NCBI GenBank assembly: GCA_016713135.1
Contig: JADJPR010000006.1
Location: 82,169 to 146,168, forward strand
DNA length: 64,000 nt
Source: Rhodanobacteraceae bacterium
GTDB lineage: Bacteria; Pseudomonadota; Gammaproteobacteria; Xanthomonadales; SZUA-5
Direction of reading: 5' to 3'
Part shown: piece by piece, positions 1-9,600 of the stretch
How the letters are laid out: every line of letters begins with the position of its first letter
Numbering within the stretch: position 1 is the stretch's first letter
The notes under the pieces: model-generated
The model's input: the letters and a program-made list of their open reading frames with translations, nothing else
Databases searched by the model: none
What the model was told of the DNA's origin: nothing
Program-made: the position numbers and the translations under genes

Positions 1-340
1 GGTCAGCATGCCCGGCGTGGCATTGGCGATGCCGGTCAGCTTGACGCTGAAGGTCTCGTTGCCTTCGAAGGTGGTGTTGCCGTTGATCGTCACCGGAATG
101 GTCAGGCTGCTATCGCCGGCCGGAATGGTCAGGCTGCCGGACGGGATGGCCACGTAGTCGTTGTCCGCCACCGTCGCGCTGCCATCGGCCGTGGCCCGCG
201 TGAAGCTCACATCGCGACCGGAGACCGCCGACAGGCTGACCGTGAAGGTCATCGTGCTGGTGCCGGCATCGCCTTCAGGCTGGCTCGGGCTGGTGATCGA
301 CAGCGTCGGCGTGGCGTCATCGTCGAGGATGGTGCCGGTG
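1..340 (-). pseudogene. Out-of-frame 3' continuation of the giant gene (Calx-beta coding). It runs off the left edge of the window.
   Basis: Nucleotides 1-340 are almost identical to 17723-18062, which in the paralogue encode TGTILDDDATPTLSITSPSQPEGDAGTSTMTFTVSLSAV... That frame is therefore open here too. A single G present at 18063 is missing between 340 and 341. Confidence 0.6.
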
Positions 341-670
341 CCACCGCGGTACCGAGCGTCACGTCGCCGGTGGCGGTCAGGCCCGAGAGCGTCAGCGTGT
401 AGGTCTCGTCGTCCTCGTCCAGCGCGTCGCTGGCGATGGCCACGTTGACCGTTTGCGCGGTGGTGCTGCTGGCCGGGAAGCTGACCGTGGCGCCGCTGAT
501 CGGCGTGTAGTCCGCTGCGGTCGCCGTGCCGTTCGCGCTGTTCAGCGTCAGGGTCACGCCGGAGGCCACCGGGTTGCTCAGGGTCACGCTGAAGGCCATC
601 GGGGTGCTGCCTTCCAACTGGCTGAGCGCCGCCAACGCGAAGCTCACCACGGCGCTGTCGTTGTCCGTGA
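1..670. repeat. Near-identical tract shared with 17723-18393 (copy 1)
   Basis: Aligned by eye. Over positions 1-510 there are 2 substitutions plus one 1-nt indel. About 10 substitutions fall in 510-670, and beyond that only ordinary Calx-beta paralogue similarity remains. Confidence 0.9.
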
Positions 671-3600
671 TGTCGACATCGATCCCGGCCACCGTGATGC
701 CGCTGTAGTTCGGATCGCTGCTGCTGGTCGAGTGCGTGATCGCCACGCTCTGCGGGCCTTCGACCACGGCATCGTCGGTCGCGGTCACCGTGACCGTTCG
801 CGCCACATTCCAGTTAGCGCTGGTGAACACGAGGTTCGGCGGCGACAGGCTGAGTTGCGCGCCAGCGCCGAGGATCACCGCGACATCGCTGGTCGGCTGG
901 CTGGTCAGAACCACCGTGTAGGTATCCGTCGCGCCGCCCTCGGTGACCGCGGTGGTACCGCCAGATTGCGTCACCGTCACGTCCGCGCGGTCGATGATCG
1001 CCACCTGCACCCCGATCAAGTTGGGCGTGATGGCGGCAAAGTCGGCATCGCCGGTGAAGATCAGGCCGACGGTGGCCGAGTGCGGTCCCTCGGAGGCGCC
1101 ATCGTCCACCGCCGTCACCGTGACGGTCTGCGGGACGTTCCACTGGGCAGGCGTGATCACCAGCGGATTCGGCGCAAAGTTCACCTGGGTGCCGACGTCG
1201 AAGGTGATGGTGACGGTGCTGGCGGGCTGGGCAGTCAGTTCCAGCGTAAATGAATCGCCCGGACCGCCCTCAGTGACCACCGTCTCCCCCGCAGATTCGG
1301 TGATGACGACACCTGCGACGTCGTCATCGACCAAGGTGACCCGATGCAGGCCGCTTGCCGATGCGTTGGTCGCAGTCGTGGTCAGCGCACCGAACCCCAA
1401 CTGGAAGGTGTGGTTGCCTTCGATCAGTCCGTCGTTGACCACTGTCACGTCGATGTTGCGCGTATCGCCATCCGCGGTGCCTCCGAGGAAACTCAGTGAC
1501 GTGGTGGTGAGTTGGTAGTCGGTTGGTGTGGTCGCTGATTCGGCCGTCTGCTGCACGCTGACAGCGATATCGACACCCAGCGCTGCCGGGCCTGTCCCGG
1601 TGCCGGAGATGGCCAGCACGACGGGGACGCCAGTGGTGCCGGCGGACTCGCCCACACTGCTCGTCGACGCCACGAAGGTGATAGCGGCGCTGTCGTCGCT
1701 GAGGATTGAATAGCTGTTGCTGGCGCTGGTGGTGGCAAGCCCGCTCTGGATTTCCAGCGAAAGGGTGAAGGTTTCCGTGGCTTCGACCAGACGGTCGTCG
1801 GTGACGGAGGCCTCGGCACTGTTCGCCACCGTATCGTGGCTAGATCCGGCCGGAAACACGAAGCTGCCGGACACTGCCACGTCGGCGGCACCGGCCGTGC
1901 CCAGGGTAAGATTCATGGTGGCAACGACCTGCGCTGCGATAGTCCCACCCGGCGCTCCATTGGCCGTGACCTTGAGCGTCGCGCCAGGCGAGAACACCGC
2001 CCCTTCCACGACGCTGAAGCCGCTCGAAGCAAGAATGATCTCGGCGGTGTCGTTGTCGCTGATCGTCGCGGTCACGGCGGCCACGCTCAGCCCGTTGTAG
2101 CTGGCATCGGCGCTGGTCACCGAGTGGGAGACGCCCGCACTGTGCGTGCCCTCGACCACGGTGTCATTGGTCGCCGTCACGGTCACCGTCCGTGGCACAT
2201 TCCAGTTCGCAGGGGTGAACGTCACCGAGGGCGCCATCGTCAGTTGCGCGTTCGGGTTGATCGCCACCGTCACGTCCGCCGTCGGCTGACTGCGAAGCAC
2301 CAGCGTATAGGTGTCCGTTGCGCCGCCTTCGGTCACCGCAGTGCTGCCGTCGGACTCGGCCAGGATCACCCCGGCGGTGTCGTCGTCGCTGTTGCTGACA
2401 CCTACATCGGTCGCATTCACGCCGTTGTAGCTGCTGTCCGCGCTGGTCGCCGCCGCTGTCACGACCGTGTAGGCGACAGTGCCGTCGACGATCAGATCGT
2501 CGACGCCGGTCACCGTCACCGTGCGCGCCACATTCCAGTTGACCGCGGTGAACACCAGACTGGTCGGGGCGACGCTGCCTTCTGTGGCGTCGCTGCTGCT
2601 GAGGCCGATGGTGACATCGGCGGTCGGCTCGCTGTTCAGCACCACCGTGAAGGTCGCCGTACCACCGGCTTCGGTGGTGACCAGACCTGCGGTCGGGCTG
2701 ACCGTGATGCCGACGATGTCATTGTCGCTGTTGCTGACACCGACGTCGGTCGCATTCAAGCCGTTGTAGCTGCTGTCTGCGCTGGTCGCCGCTGCCGTCA
2801 CGATCGTGTAGGCGACGGTGCCGTCCGCGATCAGGTCGTCGATGCCGGTCACCGTCACCGTACGTGCCACATTCCAGTTGCCGCTGGTGAACACGAGGCT
2901 GGTCGGCGCGACGCTGCCTTCGGTGGCGTCGCTGCTGCTCAGGCCGATGCTGACATCGGCGGTCGGCTGGCTGTTCAGCACCACCGTGAAGGTCGCAGTA
3001 CCACCGGCTTCAGTGGTGACCAGACCTGCGGTCGGATTGACCGTGATGCCGGCAATGTCATCGTTCTGGATCGTGCCCTGGCCCTGGCCGTCCAACACGC
3101 CCGCCCCGACCACGTTGCTCACATTGACGACGAAGGTCTCATTGGCCTCGGCCACGACATCACCGTTGACCTGCACCGAGAAGGTGTAGTCACTGCTGCC
3201 CGCCGGGATGCTCTGGCCGGTCAGCGAGCGAGCCTGGTAGTCACTGCCAGCTGTCGCCGTGCCGTTTGCCGTCGCAATATCGAAACTGACGCCGCCCGCC
3301 AGCGCCGGGCTGGACAGACTCACAATGAAATCGAACTGCGTGGTGCCGCTGTTGCCCTCGCTGAGGCTGACATCGGAGATGCTCAACTGCGGCAAGGTCG
3401 ACAGCGTGGTGGTGTCGGTTGCGCTGTTGTTGCCCGGCGTCGGGTCAGTCACCGCCGAAGTCACCGTCGCCGTGTTGCTTAGCGTCCCCGTCGCCGCCAC
3501 GTTGATCGTGCCGGTTGCCGTGAAGCTCACGCTGCCGCCCGCCGGCAGGCCCACGGTCGCATTGAGGTTGCCACTGCCCGAAGCCGGGCAGGTCGCGCCG

Positions 3601-6600
3601 CCCGCGCCCACGCAGGTCCAGTTGACGCCCGTGATGCTGGCCGGGAAGGTGTCTGCGACCGTCGCACTGGCCACACTGCTCGGACCGGCGTTGCTCGCCA
3701 CGATGGTGTAGCTGATCCCCGAGCCCGGGATCGCCGCGGTCTGGCCGTCGGTCTTGGTGATGGAGAGATCGGCTTGTGGCGTCAGGGTTGTGCTGTCGGT
3801 CGCGCTGTTGTTGCCCGGAACCGGGTCGCTGACGGCCGAACTCACCGTCGCCGTGTTGCTCAGCGTCCCCGCCGCCGCCGCGCTGATCGTGCCGGTCGCC
3901 GTGAAGCTCACGCTGCCGCCCACCGGCAGGTTCACCGTCGCGTTGAGATTGCCGCTGCCCGATGCCGGACAGCTGCCGCCACCGGCGCCCACGCAGGTCC
4001 AGCTCACGCCCGTGATGTTGGCCGGGAAGGTGTCCGCCACCGTCGCGCTGGGCACTGCCAGCGGACCGGCATTGCTGGCGGTGATCGTGTACGTGATCGA
4101 CGTCCCCGGCACATCGGTGGTCCGGCCGTCGGTCTTGGCGATGGAAAGGTCGGCCTGGAACGGGGTGTCGGTTTGCCGCTCGTATGCGCCCATGTCGACG
4201 ATCGGGGCTGTTCCGAGCCCGGTGTCTGGCACCCCGGCATCGTTGTAGCGCCGCGGATTGCCGGCGAGGTCGGGGGCTTCGTCGGTCGTGCTGGCGTTGT
4301 CGTTCAGATCGAAGGTATCGACCGGCACCTGCGCGTTGTTGCCAGCATCCGTCGCCGGGCTCGAATCCTGCAGGCGGTAATCTCCCGAGGTGGTCGGCGC
4401 CGATGCCGAAGCGACCGGCGCAACGAACAACGGATCGACGGACAGATTGCCGGTCCCCGCAAAACCACCCTCGACGATGGTGTGGGTGATGGTCGCGCCA
4501 GTCAGCACGCTGCTGCCGCTGTTGCCCCACAGGATGCTGTTGCCGATGGTCAGCGTGCCGCCATTGTTCAGGATGGCACCGCCAGAGGTTGCATGGTTGC
4601 CGGCGATCGTGCTGTTGCTGATCGTCAGCGTGCTGCCGACGTTGTTGAACAGCGCACCCGGCGACGTACCAGCCCTGTTGCCGGTCAAGGCGCTGTTGCT
4701 GATGGTCATTTGACCGGCAGAGTTATTCGAGACCGCGCCAATGCCACTCGCCGCGCTGTTGCCGGTGAAAACGCTGTTGGCGATGCGGGTGGTGCCGCCG
4801 AAATTCTGCACCGCCCCGACCGACGTGGAGGTGTTGCCGGAGACTGCGCTGTCGATGATGTCGAGCGCACCGTTGGCATTGTAGATGGCGCCGTTGCCGG
4901 CGACCCCGCTGGAGCTGTTGCCGGAAATCGTGCTGCCGATGATGGTTGCGGTCGCATTGTCGTTCATCAGGAAGCCGCTGTTCTGGCTGGCGCTGTTGCC
5001 GGTGAACTGGCTGTTGATCGCCATCACGCTGCCCAGGTTGTAGATCGCGCCGCCGAATCCCGCGCCATTCCCGGAGAGCGTGCTGGCGCGGAGGGTCAGG
5101 ATGCCGCCATCGTTGTAAATGGCCCCTGCATTGGAAAGATTCCCGAGGCCGCCGCCCGACAAGTTCACGCCATCCAGAACGAGACTGCCGGTGGACGAAA
5201 CCGCCAGGAAGCGGAACTGCGGTGCGCCGCTGTCGCGGGTGACGGAGCCGTTCTCGAGCGTGATTTCGGTCGTGACTTGCGGCAGACCTGTGGCGCCGGC
5301 GTAGTCCGCGAAGGCATCGCTCAGAGTGACCGTCTGCGCGTTCAGGTCGATGCTGTCGGCCGTGCCATTGAGATTCGCGCACTGGATGGCCTGGCGCAGG
5401 CTGGCCACCCGCGCCGCGTTGTTGGCTCCCGCCAGCGTGTAGGGGAAGGTGAAGCCGGTGCAGGTGCCGCTCACCGCCACCGTCACCGAGCTGCTGCAGC
5501 GCGCCGCCGCCGGGCAGGTCGAATCCCCGCCTCCGCTGACCGTTGCCGTGTTGGTGATGCTCGCCGCGGTCGCGACACCCGGCGTCACCGGGATCACGAA
5601 GCCGGCGCTGCCGCTCGCCGCGAGACCCGCTGGCACAGTGCAAGTCACCGTCTGGCCGGCCGCCGCGCAACCTGCGGGCAGCGTGCCGATCGTCAATCCG
5701 GCGGGAATCGTGTCGGTGATCGTGCTGGCGGCCGTCGTGGCGGCCGTGCCGGTGTTGCTCAGCTGCAAGGTGAAGTTGGCGGGCGTGCCGACCGTAAAGC
5801 TTGGGCCACTGGCCGTCTTCGTCAGGGTCAACTGGGGCCGATTGACGGCCACCGTCACCGAACCGCTGCAGCGCGCCGCCGCCGGGCAGGTCGAATCCCC
5901 GCCACCGCTGACCGTCGCCGTATTGGTGATGCTTGCCGCGGTCGCGACACTCGGCGTCACTGGGATCACGAAGCTGGTGCTGCCGCTGGCCGCGAGGCCC
6001 GCCGGCACCGTGCAGGTCACCGTCTGGCCGGCCGCCGTGCAGCCTGCCGGTAGCGTGCCGATCACGAGTCCTGCTGGAATTGGGTCGGTGATCATGCTGG
6101 CGGCCGTCGTTGCGGCCGTGCCGGTGTTGCTCAGCTGCAAGGTGAAGCTGACCGGCGTACCGACCACGAAACTGGCGGCACTGGCCGTCTTGGTCAGCGT
6201 CAGCTGCGACAGCGTCGAGTTGGTCTGCTTTTCGAATGCGCCGAGGTCGACGATCGGTGCCGTGCCGCTACCGGTGTCGGTGACGCCGGTGTCGTCGTAG
6301 CGACGCGGATTGCCGGCGCGGTCGGGGGCGTCTTCGGTGGAGTTGCTGTTGCCGTTGACGTCGAAGCCGTCCGCCGGGACGTTGGCATTGGCGCCGGCAT
6401 CGATCGCCGGGCTGGTGTTCTGCAGCGCGAAGTTGCCCGCCGTGCTCGGCGTGGCCGACGCTGTCAGCGGGGTGGTGAACAGCGGATCGCTGTCGAGCGC
6501 ACCGAACAGGCCGCCCGCGACAATGCTGTTGCTGACCGTGTTGGTGCTGGAGGCGGCCGCATTGACGATCTGCGCCGCCGCCGTGCCGGCATTGCCGTTG

Positions 6601-9600
6601 CCCCAGACGATGCTGTTCTGCAGGATCAGATCGACGCCGGAAGTGGCATCCCCGGCGATGCCGCCGGTCCGAGCGCTGCCGGTCGCGTAGTTCCCGGTAA
6701 CCGTGCTGTTGATGATCCGCGCGTCGTTGGCCGTGATGGAACTCAGATACATCGCTCCACCGCCATTGCTGGTGGTGTTGGTCGCGACATTGCCGGACAG
6801 CACGCTGTTGGCGATGACGATCGGACCATTCTGTGCGGACAGGGCGCCACCGCGCCCGGCACTGTTGCCATGGACGGTGCTGTTGACCAGGTTCAGCGCA
6901 CCACTGGCGAAGATCGCGCCGCCGCTGCTCGCCGTGCTGCCCACGGCGCCGCTGAGCGTGCTGCGGACAATGGTGAGCGTGCTGCCGGTATCGGAGCTGA
7001 TCAGGCCGCCGGTATCGGCATAGGCCGTGCCGCCGCCATTGGTCAGGCTCATGTCGCGCAGCGTCAGGTTGCCGGTGCCGTTGACGTTGAGCAGGCGGAA
7101 TTGATTGCTGCCGCTGCGGGTGATCGTCCCGTTGCGCAGCGTGATCGGGCTGCGAATGCTGACCAGACCCGTCAGGCCGCCGGCATCCACTGCCGACTGG
7201 GTCAGCGTGACGGTCTGGCCGTTCAGGTCGATCAGATCCGCAGTCGCTGCGGTGGAGTTGGCGCAGTCGATCGCCGCGTTGAGGGTCGCGGGCGTGTTGT
7301 CCGGCAGGGTGTACGGGAAAGAGATCGACCCGCAGGCGTCGATTTCCACCGCGCCCACATCACAGGCCGGTCCGACCTGGCGCGGCTCGCCGCGCTGATC
7401 CACCGTCAGGTTCAGATTGGCCGGTCCGCACAGGTTGGTGCTGTCGGCATTCACCACATTGCTGTGCGGGGCCGGCAGATGCGTCTGGGTCGGGCCGCCG
7501 TTTGCGGCCAGCGTCGTGTCGATGAATTGCGGAGTGGCCACGCGTCCCGGGCAGAAAGTGTCGGCCGCGTAATTGCTGGTGCCGGTGAAGGTGGACCCGG
7601 ACGCGGTGCATTCCCGCGCAGTGCCGCCGCCGGTGCGCACATTGTTGGCGATCACCGACGCCCGCAGGTTGACCGTCGAACTGCCGGTCGCGTGAACGAT
7701 GCCGACCGTGGACGCACTGGTCCCGTTGTCATGGCCCGAGAAGGTGGTGAAGGCGATGTTGGCCTGCGCCGCAGCGAACACACCGATGGCATCGGGGGAG
7801 GCGCTATTGCCGGAACTGTTGCCACTGAAGGTGCTGTTGCGGACGTTGATCACCGCACCCGTGCCGGTGATGAAGATCGCACCTGGCCCGCCGCTGCCCA
7901 CATTGCTGGCCAGCGTGCTGCCGGCGAGGGTCACGGTTGCGCTGACGCCCGGCGAGAAATACAGCGCGCTGCCGCCCAGAGAAGTGTTGCCGCTGAGCGT
8001 GGAGTCGACAATGGAGACCGTCGCGCCACTCTGCAGCGCCGGAATTGCGATGGCACCACCGCCCTGGGTGCTGCGGTGACCGGACATCGTCACGCCGGTC
8101 AGGAACAACGAGCCTTGCGAGGACAAACCGCCGCCCAGGCTGGCGTAGGTCGTACCACCACCATTGCTCAGGGTCAGATCCGTGAGCCTCAGGGTCGCCG
8201 CCGTGGACGCGCTGAGCAGACGGAACTCGCTGGCACCGCTGCGGGTGATCGTGCCGTTGCGCAGCGTGAGGTCGGTGGTGACCTGCGGCAGGCCGGTGGC
8301 ACCGGTGTAGTCCGCGAAGGAACTGGTGAGGGTGACGGTCTGGCCGTTGAGGTTGATGATGTCGGCCGTGCCATTGGCGTTCGCGCATTCGATGGCCTGA
8401 GTCAACGTCGCCGGCAGATTGTCCGGCAGCGTGTACGGGAAGCTGATCGCGGCGCAGGGGTCCGCGTCGTCGTTCTGGATCGTGCCGGTGGCGCTGATCG
8501 GCGATCCCACCGTGTAGCCGCTTCCCGAAGCGACGCTCAGGATCACGGTTTCATCCGGTTCGACAGTGGTGTCCCCGGTGGGATCGATGGTGATCGTCGC
8601 GGTGCTCGAATTGGACGGGATGACCAGCGTCGCGATTCCACCACCGGTGTAGTCGCCGCCGCTGGTCGCGGTGCCGGCCGTGCCGATATTGACGGTGGTG
8701 GCGGTTGGCAGGCTGGGACTGCGGGTGACGGTGTAGGTCAGGTTGCCGGCGCCGTTCTCCAGCACGCTGGCCGGGGTGACTGCGATGCTCACCGTGGGCA
8801 GGGTCGAATTGGTCTGCTTCTCGAAGGCGCCGACATCGACGATCGGCGCGGTGCCGCTGCCCGTGTCGGTGACGCCGGTGTCGTTGTAGCGGCGCGGATT
8901 GCCATCCCGATCCAGGGTGGTGCCGCCCGGAATCAGGGCATTGTTGCCGGCGTCGACTGCACTGCTGAGATTGCCGAGCCGATAGTCCCCGAGCGCGTTG
9001 GGTGCGGCGGCAGCGCTCTGCGGATTGACAAACGACGGATTCACGCCAACCAGGCTGGACTGGTTGGTGGTGGTACCGCCGATGTCGTTGGTCGCGGGGA
9101 ATACCGTGGACTGGTTGCCGAACAGCAGCGTGTTGGAGAGCACTGCCGGCGAGTCACTGTTCTCGTTGCGCAGGCCGCCGCCCTGGTCATTGGTAAGGTT
9201 GCTGGCGATGGTGCTGTTGTTCAGCGTCAGGATCCCGGCATTGTTGTTGTAGATGCCGCCACCCTGCACCCCCCGATTGCCGGAGATCAGCACGTTGGTG
9301 ATGACCACGGTGCCGCCGGTGTTGGCGAGTGCACCGCCCACGCCACCGCCGGCCGTGTTGGTGGAATTGCCGTTCAGCGTGGACCGGATCAGGCTGATGG
9401 TGCCGAAATCGTTGTAGATGGCACCGCCATCGAGTTCAGAAAAATTGCTGCTGATCACGCTGTCGGTGATGTTCAGCGTGCCGCTGTTGAAGACCGCACC
9501 GCCACCGCCGGCCCCGCCCGGCCCAAAGCCATAACCATTGCTGAGGGTCAGCTGCACCAGGTTCAGCGTGCCGGCCGGCGCCACGTTCACCAGGCGGAAC

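Noticed and set aside
161-448. 95-aa plus-strand ORF, duplicated at 17883-18125
   Set aside because: It exists only because the underlying DNA is the duplicated antisense of Calx-beta coding sequence. The conservation reflects the repeat, not selection on this frame.
2373-6207. Regularly spaced repeats considered as a possible CRISPR array
   Set aside because: The units are 339-381 bp, contiguous, in-frame and encode protein domains. There is no short repeat/spacer organisation and no cas genes.
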